Part shown: positions 37,497 to 46,474 of the stretch, in pieces
Numbering within the stretch: position 1 is the first letter of the stretch
Layout of the letters: each line of letters begins with the position of its first letter
IMG/VR virus record: IMGVR_UViG_3300042545_001134
Location: 124,001-188,000 of that record
Reading direction: 5' to 3' (one strand)
DNA length: 64,000 nucleotides
Notes under the pieces: generated by a model
Database searches by the model: none
The model's input: the letters and a program-made list of their open reading frames with translations, nothing else
What the model was told of the DNA's origin: nothing
Program-made: the position numbers and the translations under genes

Positions 37497-38570
37497 TTAC
37501 GCTATTTGAGACATTGTTACAATTATTGATGGTGTTGCGGGTCTAGATGGACTGGATTGTATTCCTTCGTAATATATTTGAGTGTCAGAACGGGTTGATG
37601 ACCACATTAATTCCACATATTCGGTTGCGTTTAATTCAACAAAAAAATTCCATGCGGCAACTAACTTCCCACCACCCGATATTTTTTCAATAGTTAAATC
37701 GGTATTGGAATTTGGGACATTGTTTCCATTCTTTCGTAACCAAATCGATATCTCCGCAGCATTATTTGTGGTTTGAAGTAACTGTGCCGAGAATTGTAAA
37801 TTATATATCCCACTATTTGCTGCGGTTATTCTTGTTCCACTAACAATACTAAATCCACTCGCCAAATCAACGGTATTAAGTCTCATTTCATGTGGAGTGG
37901 ATGAAGTCCCACCTCCATTTTGAATTGTTGTGTCACTAAATTGTCCGTAGTTGAGTGGTTTCCAACTCGCACCCACTCCATCAGTCTGTAAAATTCTTCC
38001 ATCATATGAAGAACTAATTGCCGGTAAACCACCACCAACTGTAGCAGTTGCATAACCTGATTGTGCTAAAGAAAATGTAATAATTGTTGTTATGTCACTG
38101 AACATCTCAATAGATGTCGGTATTACCACAAATCCGTTATCGTCATATACCTGAATAACGGGAAATTGTTCACCTAAATTGTGATTAAATGTCCAAGTTG
38201 TTGCTGGTGTTGAAACTGTTAATAATTGTGTTGAACCCGGAGTGGATTCAATTGTAAACGCCAAACCAGCATAAGAAGAGGAAACAGAATATGAGGATGA
38301 TACCGCATATGATGATGAAATTACATTCGTAATTCCTGAACCATTACCGACGAAATTAGACGCGGTTATATCTCCAATTAAATTTATCGAACCCGTGTTT
38401 ACGGTATTCGTGGAGATTAATTCTTCGATTGAGGGTCCCCCCGAACCTGACTTGGCAAGAAAAACTTTACCGTCACCAGTGTTAATGGATAATTCCCCTA
38501 ATTCGAGTTGTGCGTTTGTAGGTTTTTTACCTAAAACGGAACTTCTACGCAGTCTTACTATTTGCGCCAT
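37497..38570 (-). CDS. Tail-fibre-like protein (Mtd_N-like N-terminus, C1q/BclA-like C-terminal head)
   Basis: MAQIVRLRRSS..KPTNAQLELGELSINTGDGKVF; C-terminal ITAANSGIYNLQFSAQL..IWLRKNG..FVELNATEYVELMW. Confidence 0.65.
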   Translation of the reverse strand: MAQIVRLRRSSVLGKKPTNAQLELGELSINTGDGKVFLAKSGSGGPSIEELISTNTVNTGSINLIGDITASNFVGNGSGITNVISSSYAVSSSYSVSSSYAGLAFTIESTPGSTQLLTVSTPATTWTFNHNLGEQFPVIQVYDDNGFVVIPTSIEMFSDITTIITFSLAQSGYATATVGGGLPAISSSYDGRILQTDGVGASWKPLNYGQFSDTTIQNGGGTSSTPHEMRLNTVDLASGFSIVSGTRITAANSGIYNLQFSAQLLQTTNNAAEISIWLRKNGNNVPNSNTDLTIEKISGGGKLVAAWNFFVELNATEYVELMWSSTRSDTQIYYEGIQSSPSRPATPSIIVTMSQIA

Positions 38571-38634
38571 ATGTATGGTTTCTTCTTAAACTTGGTATGT
38601 ACCAAAAATTATTATAACCTATATAGGTCTAACA

Positions 38635-38641
38635 ATAAATA
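38635..38641 (-). promoter_or_regulatory. TATTTAT putative late-promoter element
   Basis: Immediately downstream of a terminator, 64 nt upstream of ATG 38570. Confidence 0.5.
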
Positions 38642-38654
38642 CTTCATTACCTAC

Positions 38655-38684
38655 AAATAAAAAACCCCAATTTCTTGGGGTTTT
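38655..38684 (-). terminator. Rho-independent terminator
   Basis: AAAACCCCAA-GAAA-TTGGGGTTTT stem-loop followed by a T tract on the minus strand, after gene 38708-40687. Confidence 0.8.
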
Positions 38685-38707
38685 CTTTTGTTTGTGTTTG
38701 GTTGTTT

Positions 38708-40687
38708 TTAGTAAGTTCCACCATCAATGACGGTCGAGAATATTAATCCACCATTTGAGTTTTTATAACCCAAAATACCATCCATAACGTCAGTTGTTTC
38801 TGTTGTTGAAACATAACCAACTACGTTGGTATTATTTCTAAACATAATTGCCGATGTTTTGGTTAAACCATCCGCACCGCCCGCAGAACTCAAAGTAACG
38901 TTACCAGCGATTAAGGTTGCCCCATCACTCGCAGTTACGGTGAATTTATTTGTGTTGTACGCTAAAGTTGTTCCATTATCAGTAAGTAAACTGTTTCCAA
39001 TACTACTTGCTCCGGTTGCTTTAGGGATTGTATTTGTTGTTAAACTTATTTCAGAACCATATGTTCCTGGAGTTGTACCAATTAATTTACTTGATTCACC
39101 ACTTGAAGAAACGAACATCCAATAGTCACTCAATGAATCCCAAACCAATGATGCAGAAACACCAACAGAACCTGAGTCAATAACTTCAAATCCAGCATAT
39201 CTTTCAAATGGAGAATATGCGTTCAATCTGATAATATTGTCATCCAATTCAATAACTGATGAAGAGATATGTACTTGAGTTGCACTACCTAATAAATTTA
39301 AATTACCACTAATATTAACATCACCACTGAAACCTGTGTTTCCTGTGATTGTCATTGTACCACCTGTAATGTTAGTTGATACTAAGTTAGTATGGTTAGC
39401 GGTTGTTGAATTTAATGTTGAACCCGTTCCTAAATCTACCGTTTGTGGTAAACTAACCGTCCAAGTTCTATCACCTGTTAAGTTTTGAGCCCCACCAACT
39501 ACAGTTACTTGGTTTGTTGTTCCTGTCACAGTTAAGTTTCTGTCACCCCTAACCGCATGTGATGTGGTGGTTGCTTGAGAACTTAATGTAAATTGATTAA
39601 AGGTAGGAGTTGCTCCTGTTCTAATGTCTTGGTCTAAATCATACTTTAATGTGTTTGTACTATTGTTGAATGTGGTGGTTAAACCTTTAGATGCAACACC
39701 TTCAAATGTTATACTTTCAGTTTTCAATGAAACCTCACCGATATTGGTGGTCGTACCATCGGAAGATGTAACAAATAATGTTGAAACAATTCCTGTTAAG
39801 TTAGAACCATCACCGATAAATGAACCTGTGAATGTAGATGCGGTAACTGCTCCTGTTAATATTGCTGAACCCTGTACATTCAATGAACCTGTAACGATAA
39901 CTTTATCAGTTACTTCATTACCCAAATAAGAACTACCACTAACAAGTAAATCCTGAGATATTGTCACTCCAGTGGCATTTAATGTACTAACGTATGCGGT
40001 ACCACTAAGGTATAGGTTTCTCCAATATTTTGAAGTAGAACCAAGGTCAAACGCGTTATTAATGTCGGGAACAATTGAAGAGGAGATATCAGCACCAAAT
40101 GATACAAAATCTGTATCACCGTCACCAACCGTGATATTACCACCTAAAGTGATATTACCATCAATAACTGCGTTTCCTGTTAATTTTAAGTTTGAACCAG
40201 TAATGTTTCCTGTAAAGATACTATCACCACCAACAGTTAAACTGTTTGTTACTTTTACGTGAGAACCTGTTAATGCAGATGTGAAGTTACCAATACTACC
40301 AGTTACTGAATTAACGTTTGCATTACTACCTGTTAAACTAGTAACGGTAACGTTGGAAATCGTATTTCCCTCCATGTTACCTGTTAAGTCTACCTTTCTG
40401 TTACCACCCGACGCTAAAACATATAATGCCTCATCTGTGGTTGAATAAAATGGAGTACCATCTAAAACAGTACCGTATGAACCGGCAGCAATTGTGGGTA
40501 CTGTTGACCCTTCATAAATTTTAGAAGTGGGTTTATATCCACCAGCGATTTCATCATCACCAACGAACACCCAAGGTCCATTCATTGTACCGATAGAACC
40601 GGTTGCTACAACAAATTCACCTTTTCTGGCTGTTACATCTTTCAGTTGTGTGATGGAACCCCTTCTGTGTTTGATTATTTGTGCCAT
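38708..40687 (-). CDS. Tail-fibre-like structural protein (659 aa)
   Basis: MAQIIKHRRG..ARKGEFVVATG (Mtd_N-like); G/S/T-rich beta repeats; C-terminal IDGGTY. Confidence 0.7.
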   Translation of the reverse strand: MAQIIKHRRGSITQLKDVTARKGEFVVATGSIGTMNGPWVFVGDDEIAGGYKPTSKIYEGSTVPTIAAGSYGTVLDGTPFYSTTDEALYVLASGGNRKVDLTGNMEGNTISNVTVTSLTGSNANVNSVTGSIGNFTSALTGSHVKVTNSLTVGGDSIFTGNITGSNLKLTGNAVIDGNITLGGNITVGDGDTDFVSFGADISSSIVPDINNAFDLGSTSKYWRNLYLSGTAYVSTLNATGVTISQDLLVSGSSYLGNEVTDKVIVTGSLNVQGSAILTGAVTASTFTGSFIGDGSNLTGIVSTLFVTSSDGTTTNIGEVSLKTESITFEGVASKGLTTTFNNSTNTLKYDLDQDIRTGATPTFNQFTLSSQATTTSHAVRGDRNLTVTGTTNQVTVVGGAQNLTGDRTWTVSLPQTVDLGTGSTLNSTTANHTNLVSTNITGGTMTITGNTGFSGDVNISGNLNLLGSATQVHISSSVIELDDNIIRLNAYSPFERYAGFEVIDSGSVGVSASLVWDSLSDYWMFVSSSGESSKLIGTTPGTYGSEISLTTNTIPKATGASSIGNSLLTDNGTTLAYNTNKFTVTASDGATLIAGNVTLSSAGGADGLTKTSAIMFRNNTNVVGYVSTTETTDVMDGILGYKNSNGGLIFSTVIDGGTY

Positions 40688-40715
40688 AATTTTTGTATAA
40701 TTTTTTTTCTTTTAT

Positions 40716-40722
40716 ATAAATA
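40716..40722 (-). promoter_or_regulatory. TATTTAT putative late-promoter element
   Basis: 28 nt upstream of ATG 40687. Confidence 0.5.
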
Positions 40723-40735
40723 GTTAATTTTTCCT

Positions 40736-41449
40736 TTAAATAAAACCTCCCAAGTCAATTTCAGCATTTGCGGTTGGATTGGAAAACACACCCAAACCTT
40801 GGAGACTTAAAGAGGCGGATACTACTTGTGTGTTAATCATGTTTTGAACAATAGACATCGTTCCTGAAACCACAAGAGATTCGGTATTTGGGTCATTTTT
40901 CTGAATAAGGGTTGTTTTACCCTCAACGATTAAATCTCCCTTAATTATGGTCGCACCACTAATAGTAATGATGGAACCGTCGTCAGATACTCGTGAATCT
41001 ACAAGAGTACCGTTCGCATGAACTTTTTGTAACACATTTGTGTTACCCAAACCACCAATAAGAATTGGTTGTTCAGAACCTGAAGGACCCGCTATCCATC
41101 TGTCATTTGCGGAATCCCATAATAAACTTCCCGACACCAAATTTGGTGATGTTGGGTCTCTAACGATAAAACCACCAAATGCATCTGCAGTCCCGTTTAG
41201 TTCGATAATATTATCGCCAAGGGATATTGTGGTTGAATCAATAGTGGTAGTTGTACCAAGTACAGTTAAGTTACCACCAACAACAACACTACCAGATGTT
41301 TGGAGGGTATTGATTGTGAGTGCTCCACTAACGTTTAAATCATTAGCGAATATTCCCTCTAATGGGGAACCGATACTACCTAAAACTACCGTAGTACCTG
41401 AAGGTGGAACCGTCTCAATTTGTGTCCAATTAATCTTTTGTAATGCCAT
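40736..41449 (-). CDS. Tail-fibre-like structural protein (237 aa)
   Basis: Shares the GNLTVLGTTTTIDS..DNIIELN..G..LLWDS module with gene 38708-40687 and the giant fibre N-terminus. Confidence 0.65.
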   Translation of the reverse strand: MALQKINWTQIETVPPSGTTVVLGSIGSPLEGIFANDLNVSGALTINTLQTSGSVVVGGNLTVLGTTTTIDSTTISLGDNIIELNGTADAFGGFIVRDPTSPNLVSGSLLWDSANDRWIAGPSGSEQPILIGGLGNTNVLQKVHANGTLVDSRVSDDGSIITISGATIIKGDLIVEGKTTLIQKNDPNTESLVVSGTMSIVQNMINTQVVSASLSLQGLGVFSNPTANAEIDLGGFI

Positions 41450-41476
41450 GTAAAAGTAAAGTCTTTTACATAAATA
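41448..41476 (-). promoter_or_regulatory. TATTTAT element overlapping a 9-bp hairpin that sequesters the start codon
   Basis: Minus strand reads TATTTATGTAAAAG-ACTTTA-CTTTTACATG; stem ATGTAAAAG/CTTTTACAT includes the AT of the ATG. Confidence 0.55.
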
Positions 41477-41498
41477 TTTTATATTAAGTTATAGGCAC

Positions 41499-41527
41499 AA
41501 AAAAAGAGGATTAATTATCCTCTTTTT
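41499..41527 (-). terminator. Rho-independent terminator overlapping the glutaredoxin stop
   Basis: AAAAGAGGAT-AATTA-ATCCTCTTTT followed by TTT. Confidence 0.7.
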
Positions 41528-41804
41528 CTAAAGTAATGTACTTTTTTATAATTTCTAACGCTTCTTCCTCGTTATTGAAGTCCCTTGTGGGACAAAAAAC
41601 AGGTCCATTTTCGGTTCCTTCCTGTTTTATAAAAAATGTTGGTAGGTAATCCAATTTGGTTTGAGCAACCACTTGGTCCCATAATTTTTGATTAGAATCA
41701 ACATCAATTTCGGTAAACGGAATGGAAAGTTCTTTTAGTTTACCCTTTAGGGTTTTACAGTGTCCACATCCTTTTAGGGTGAACAATAACAATTTATTAC
41801 TCAT
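41511..41804 (-). CDS. Glutaredoxin/NrdH-like protein
   Basis: LFTLKGCGHCKTLK, IPFTEIDVD, LPTFFI. Confidence 0.85.
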   Translation of the reverse strand: MSNKLLLFTLKGCGHCKTLKGKLKELSIPFTEIDVDSNQKLWDQVVAQTKLDYLPTFFIKQEGTENGPVFCPTRDFNNEEEALEIIKKYITLEKEDN

Positions 41805-42114
41805 TTATACTCAATTGTGACAATACATCTCGATAATGAGTGTCGGCTTGTATACCTGTGGTTGTGTTAACTTTTAAATTTCCATCAAAAAATATAACAG
41901 TCGGTACTGAGCGAATACCCAAATCTAACATGTATGATTGGTTATCATCAACATTTACCTTAACAAATTTAACGTCAGGGTACTCTGATTCTAATCTTTC
42001 TAATCTTGGGATTAACGTTTTACAGGGTCCACACCAGTCGGCGTAGAAATCCGCTAATACTTTTTCTCCACGGAACTTCATTTGTTCCAATTCTTCACTT
42101 GATACTTGTTGCAT
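41797..42114 (-). CDS. trxA: Thioredoxin
   Basis: ADFYADWCGPCK, KFVKVNVD, IRSVPTVIFF. Confidence 0.92.
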   Translation of the reverse strand: MQQVSSEELEQMKFRGEKVLADFYADWCGPCKTLIPRLERLESEYPDVKFVKVNVDDNQSYMLDLGIRSVPTVIFFDGNLKVNTTTGIQADTHYRDVLSQLSINE

Positions 42115-42119
42115 ATTTT

Positions 42120-43193
42120 TTAATTAAATCCTATTTGTGTTTTATTATCGTGTTTAAAGACTTCTTCGTCTATATTGTAAATATCAGCCAAAGTCATTCC
42201 TTTGTCAACCCTTTTTTCATTTCCAAGGTGTTCTAAAAGACGATTTGACTCTTCAGTTGTTAGTTTTTCAAATTTGTGTTCGGCAATCAATCTTCCTTTA
42301 CGAAGTAACGCTTGGTCAATCTTCTCTCTTTTCATATTAAATGTTGCCACAACCTGAATGTTCAAACAATCACCCAGAATACCGTCTGTAAGGTTCAGGA
42401 TGTTCGAAACTCCAACAGATGACCCATTACCCTCTCTATCGGCAATAACTCTCTCAGCGTCCTCTACAATCAAAATAGAGTTCTTATGTTCCATTAGGAA
42501 TGGAATGATTGATGGTTCGGATAATGATTCCGCCATTGATGGTGGAATGAATAAAATTTCCTTATCTGTAATCAAACGAGTAAGATATTTGATATATGAA
42601 GTTTTACCTGTCCCCGGGTCACCGTGAAATAGGATAATACCTTTATCATTCGGGTTGTTTAATCTTTTGATGATAACATCATGTACTTTAACAAACTCAG
42701 AACCGTAATTTAATTCCAAATTAATATCAGGTACATTCATCTCATACTCTTCAGTATCTAAATGTCCCATTTCTGATTTGACCAAGTTGATGCCCGATTT
42801 TTTAATTGAGATTTCAAATTGACTTAAATCCAAATATACAGTTTGCTCTTCGAATGAACCATTCTGAGTATTATAAAGTACTGATATCTCATAATAAATC
42901 CCATGAGTCTTATCATAATTACCTTTTAATAGGATACCAAGATGACCATCCGCATTAAAGAATAAATGATTATTCGATGGTTTATCGTATCTTCTACCGG
43001 TGTGTCTTGTCTCCACTTCTAAATAAAATTTATTTGAAATTAAGTGGTTATATAAATTATGTCCGTATTTTTTTGTTGAATCTGAAAATTTAGACGGTAC
43101 TGCGTCGAAGTAATGAACAAATAATTGTTCTAACGGCATTTCATATCCATATGAAATTTCGTGTAGTGGGTATTTTTCTGGTAATCTATTCAT
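42120..43193 (-). CDS. AAA+ ATPase (BCS1-like)
   Basis: Walker A GDPGTGKT, Walker B ILIVEDAE, SRH DQALLRKGRL. Confidence 0.88.
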   Translation of the reverse strand: MNRLPEKYPLHEISYGYEMPLEQLFVHYFDAVPSKFSDSTKKYGHNLYNHLISNKFYLEVETRHTGRRYDKPSNNHLFFNADGHLGILLKGNYDKTHGIYYEISVLYNTQNGSFEEQTVYLDLSQFEISIKKSGINLVKSEMGHLDTEEYEMNVPDINLELNYGSEFVKVHDVIIKRLNNPNDKGIILFHGDPGTGKTSYIKYLTRLITDKEILFIPPSMAESLSEPSIIPFLMEHKNSILIVEDAERVIADREGNGSSVGVSNILNLTDGILGDCLNIQVVATFNMKREKIDQALLRKGRLIAEHKFEKLTTEESNRLLEHLGNEKRVDKGMTLADIYNIDEEVFKHDNKTQIGFN

Positions 43194-43194
43194 C

Positions 43195-43488
43195 TTATTT
43201 TAAATAAAAATTTATCTGGTTTGGGATGTATTCGTATATTGAGTCATCCGGTATTTCCTCTTCTGATTTTTTAAATGCAACTAATGTTATTCTAACTAAT
43301 TCAAATTGTTCTTTACTTAATTCCGGTTGTCCTCTCTTTTCAAAATTGATTTGTGAAATGTCACTTACCAAATCAAAAAAATCAGATTCACTATCATTGG
43401 CAATAAAATACCTTTTTGCGTCTTCATTACCATCGATATATTTTTTTACAGTCTGCAGATAAATTAATACCTCAGGTGATTTCTCCAT
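43195..43488 (-). CDS. Hypothetical protein (97 aa)
   Basis: ORF track; operon spacing. Confidence 0.65.
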   Translation of the reverse strand: MEKSPEVLIYLQTVKKYIDGNEDAKRYFIANDSESDFFDLVSDISQINFEKRGQPELSKEQFELVRITLVAFKKSEEEIPDDSIYEYIPNQINFYLK

Positions 43489-43491
43489 AAA

Positions 43492-44379
43492 TTAATAATT
43501 CATTATCAGTAATTCGATGCCATCGTTTTGTGTTCCATCTTTCTTAGAACCCGCGGCCTTTTTGAACGTTCGTCTTTCCCATCTAAATTGTTTACTGAAC
43601 ATTGATAGTTGACCATTCTCACCTACATTGGTTCCGTATATTGGAAACCAATCATGTAGTTGTGGGAATTCGTAATATGATAAACTAAATTTACCTTGTG
43701 CACCCTTCAATGCGTTTGCCAATCTTTCGTGGTCTTTTGAATCGAAGTCGTGGTTTGAGTAATAGTTCTCAGTTTTCCAATACGGTGGGTCCATATAGAA
43801 ATATGTTGTGGGTGAATCGTATTTTTCAATTACTGTTTGAAAATCCATATTCTCAACGAATGTGATTCTCCCTAAATGTGCTCGGTATTCAAGATGTTTT
43901 AATTTATCCATGAATATCAAGACTTTACATCTGTACTTACCCTTATAATCAGTGTAATTTGATGACTCGGGTTTTGACCCCGAGAATACTTGGGTTAACA
44001 CATAGACGTACTTCGCAGCAACATCATAGTTAGGTTCGTCTCCAATTACTAAATCAGGACTAAACACCTCTTTTTGATAGGTTTTGAACATCTGTTCATA
44101 TTCAGGTGGGGTTACCTCAACACCAACCTGTTGACATGGGTATTTTGCCAACTCTTCCCACATCCTATCGCAGTCTCTTGAACATTTAAATAGATTGGCG
44201 TTCAATCCATTAAAGTCATTGTAGACTACAGTTTTCAAGTTAGGGTAGTTCTTTAAATCCATGTTAAAGAAAACCCAAAACATCCCTGAAAACCCTTCAA
44301 CATATGTTTCAATATCCGTTGGTATGTACGGAACTATCCATTTACCTATTCTTGCTTTTCCACCAATGTATGATATCAT
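43492..44379 (-). CDS. dam: N6-adenine DNA methyltransferase (D12/Dam class)
   Basis: MISYIGGK, YVEGFSG, VYNDFN, YMDPPY, FSLSY. Recognition sequence cannot be read from the sequence. Confidence 0.85.
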   Translation of the reverse strand: MISYIGGKARIGKWIVPYIPTDIETYVEGFSGMFWVFFNMDLKNYPNLKTVVYNDFNGLNANLFKCSRDCDRMWEELAKYPCQQVGVEVTPPEYEQMFKTYQKEVFSPDLVIGDEPNYDVAAKYVYVLTQVFSGSKPESSNYTDYKGKYRCKVLIFMDKLKHLEYRAHLGRITFVENMDFQTVIEKYDSPTTYFYMDPPYWKTENYYSNHDFDSKDHERLANALKGAQGKFSLSYYEFPQLHDWFPIYGTNVGENGQLSMFSKQFRWERRTFKKAAGSKKDGTQNDGIELLIMNY

Positions 44380-44415
44380 CTCCTAAAGTTGTAATTTAGT
44401 GTTTTATTTGTACGT

Positions 44416-44440
44416 ATTAGAAAATATAAGTAAAAAAAAC
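44416..44440 (-). promoter_or_regulatory. Putative early/middle promoter (T-tract + CTTATATT)
   Basis: TTTTTTTTACTTATATTTTC; shares the 14-mer TTTTTACTTATATT with 61694-61708 and resembles a degenerate Bacteroidota -7 element. Confidence 0.45.
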
Positions 44441-44498
44441 CGTAAAAAAAAGAGGTGGGTCAAAGTTTTTTGAGTGTCCTTATTTCTTGACAAACTCC

Positions 44499-44505
44499 TA
44501 TTTAT
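44499..44505 (+). promoter_or_regulatory. TATTTAT element (plus strand)
   Basis: 17 nt upstream of plus-strand ATG 44523. Confidence 0.45.
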
Positions 44506-44522
44506 TATGTATACTTTAAATT

Positions 44523-44675
44523 ATGGCATGTTCAGAATGTAAGAAAAAACAATCTCTCAAGGAGGAATTGGTTAAGAGCACCGAGTTTGTTCAGAAGGGG
44601 GTGATGTGGTTTGTTGTTATTTGGAGTGGGTTCGCCATTTACGGTATCTACACACTCATCTGTAAGTTTATATGA
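44523..44675 (+). CDS. Small membrane protein with N-terminal CxxC (50 aa, below ORF-track cutoff)
   Basis: MACSECKKKQSLKEELVKSTEFVQKGVMWFVVIWSGFAIYGIYTLICKFI*; ATGA overlap with the next gene. Confidence 0.7.
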   Translation: MACSECKKKQSLKEELVKSTEFVQKGVMWFVVIWSGFAIYGIYTLICKFI

Positions 44676-45310
44676 AAAACGGAAAGTACTTTATAGTTCT
44701 TTTCTGTAATAAGAAGAGAATAAAAATTTTGTATCGTTGTCAGAAACTGACGACAATACATGAGTACTGGCGCGAATTTAAAACTGAAAGACAACCACGT
44801 TTCTTAAAGACACAAGGTGGTAAAAGAAAACAAGAACAATTATTTGAATTGGCATTAATCTTCCCAAATAGTCGTTGGGTTAAGAGTACATATGTTAAAG
44901 ATAGTCTTGGTAGATTAATTGAGACAAAGATGGAAGACGATAAACTTCGCATCAAAGAAATTATTCCATATTGGAAAGAAGAATTAATTTATGATTTTCA
45001 AACAAAGAAAAGAATCCGATATCATGAGATGTTATCATCAATAATGGAGATATCGGAGATTGGTCAGATATTCACATTAAATAACAAACTATTTGTACAG
45101 GTTGAGGATGATATAAGATTGTACGGTAATAAAAATATTGCGGATGCTGAGAGATTGTTTGGTTTGGTTAGAGAGGACCTATTAAAAAAGAAAAAGGGTA
45201 ATTTCATCTTCGTTAAAGATGTAACTACCGCTCAAAGAAAATTACTTTATACTTTATTGGAATCAAAAGGATTTAAGAGGACTGAACTTTTTCGTCATTA
45301 CTCTTATTAA
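44672..45310 (+). CDS. Hypothetical basic protein (212 aa)
   Basis: ORF track; coupled to 44523-44675. Confidence 0.75.
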   Translation: MKNGKYFIVLFCNKKRIKILYRCQKLTTIHEYWREFKTERQPRFLKTQGGKRKQEQLFELALIFPNSRWVKSTYVKDSLGRLIETKMEDDKLRIKEIIPYWKEELIYDFQTKKRIRYHEMLSSIMEISEIGQIFTLNNKLFVQVEDDIRLYGNKNIADAERLFGLVREDLLKKKKGNFIFVKDVTTAQRKLLYTLLESKGFKRTELFRHYSY

Positions 45311-45524
45311 ACACAATATCCACCTCACCCATTTTAATTGTAAATGATTTACCGGGGTTTGAGGTTTTTCTATTTTGTTTTTTAGAAACGTAATCATATG
45401 TTTTATAGAATTCTAATTCGGCAACCTCAATTACGATTGTGTTTGAAACCGAGGCGATATTTAATTTTTCAATTAAATCGCTAACAATCGCAAGTTGATT
45501 TAATAAGTCACCCTTTTTTTCCAT
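45273..45524 (-). CDS. Hypothetical protein (83 aa)
   Basis: ORF track. Confidence 0.65.
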   Translation of the reverse strand: MEKKGDLLNQLAIVSDLIEKLNIASVSNTIVIEVAELEFYKTYDYVSKKQNRKTSNPGKSFTIKMGEVDIVFNKSNDEKVQSS

Positions 45525-45723
45525 AACCGAATATCATTAGTATTTTAGTAAATATGTTTATTTTCTTTTTTTCAGGTTCTTTGAACATTTGAGTCTTATC
45601 AATTTTTTTGATTTCCTCAATCATCCTCCTCTTCTGGTTCAGAATCTCCCTCTGGTCCCTCTCCGCTTCCTTCTTCAACCAATTTAATCCCTGTTGTAGG
45701 CTCTTGTTGTTTTTCTGTGCCAT
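45508..45723 (-). CDS. Hypothetical basic coiled-coil protein (71 aa)
   Basis: ORF track; overlaps the upstream gene by 107 nt. Confidence 0.55.
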   Translation of the reverse strand: MAQKNNKSLQQGLNWLKKEAERDQREILNQKRRMIEEIKKIDKTQMFKEPEKKKINIFTKILMIFGYGKKG

Positions 45724-46081
45724 TATCTATAAATGAAATTTCTTTTAGTTTATCAAGTGTTTCATGTTGGAACAGCAATTCCAATTCTTTAATTTTTGAC
45801 TGTAGTAGTTTTTGTTTTTCCTCCATCTCTTTGTTAGTGTCGATTACATCCTGAGCACATCTGAAGACAACATCATAACCATCTGTGGTTGCATGTGAAA
45901 TCAATGACAACAAAGTAAACTTATCGTTCTTGTCTTGGACTTTTGTTTTAATTGATTTATACGGAGCGACGATTTGTTCGAATCTCCATGTTACAGGTAG
46001 TTTAATGTCTAAACTGACATTGCCGTCAATCTCCCTTAATGAGAAAAAGAAAGGTCTTAAAAATCTTATAGTTTCAAACAC
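45617..46081 (-). CDS. Hypothetical protein (154 aa, coiled coil and acidic tail)
   Basis: ORF track; GTG start. Confidence 0.7.
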   Translation of the reverse strand: MFETIRFLRPFFFSLREIDGNVSLDIKLPVTWRFEQIVAPYKSIKTKVQDKNDKFTLLSLISHATTDGYDVVFRCAQDVIDTNKEMEEKQKLLQSKIKELELLFQHETLDKLKEISFIDNGTEKQQEPTTGIKLVEEGSGEGPEGDSEPEEEDD

Positions 46082-46085
46082 GTTG

Positions 46086-46265
46086 TTAAATTATAAAGTA
46101 AGTTATTATGTATGATGTTGTTAAGTAAAGAATCGTTTCATTTACTTTTGATACCTTCATCGGTACCGGTTCAGACTGAAATAGTTTAACTATAAACTCC
46201 AATATGAATCTTAGAGTGTAAACACAACTCAGAATGAGTAAGAATAATTTAAATTGCTCAATCAT
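46086..46265 (-). CDS. Small two-TM membrane protein (59 aa, below cutoff)
   Basis: MIEQFKLFLLILSCVYTLRFILEFIVKLFQSEPVPMKVSKVNETILYLTTSYIITYFII*. Confidence 0.6.
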   Translation of the reverse strand: MIEQFKLFLLILSCVYTLRFILEFIVKLFQSEPVPMKVSKVNETILYLTTSYIITYFII

Positions 46266-46437
46266 GTTGTTTAATCTCCTCCAAAATTTCTTTACGATAT
46301 TGTGCCATTAGTATTTTAACCTCCTGTGCGTGTTTCCTAGCACGTATCGATGCACTTCGGTTACCCTTTTCATAAACTTTAGTAGTGTCAACAGACATTT
46401 TCTCCACCAAGTCTTTTATTTTCTTTAGCGTTTCCAT
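46258..46437 (-). CDS. Histone H1-like / Hc1-family nucleoid protein (59 aa, below cutoff)
   Basis: METLKKIKDLVEKMSVDTTKVYEKGNRSASIRARKHAQEVKILMAQYRKEILEEIKQHD*; matches the EKGN[KR]xAxxRxR...YRKE core of Hc1 and Bacteroidota histone H1 proteins. Confidence 0.75.
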   Translation of the reverse strand: METLKKIKDLVEKMSVDTTKVYEKGNRSASIRARKHAQEVKILMAQYRKEILEEIKQHD

Positions 46438-46474
46438 ATTTTTCCGTTTTTATTACTAATATACGGAAAAAATT

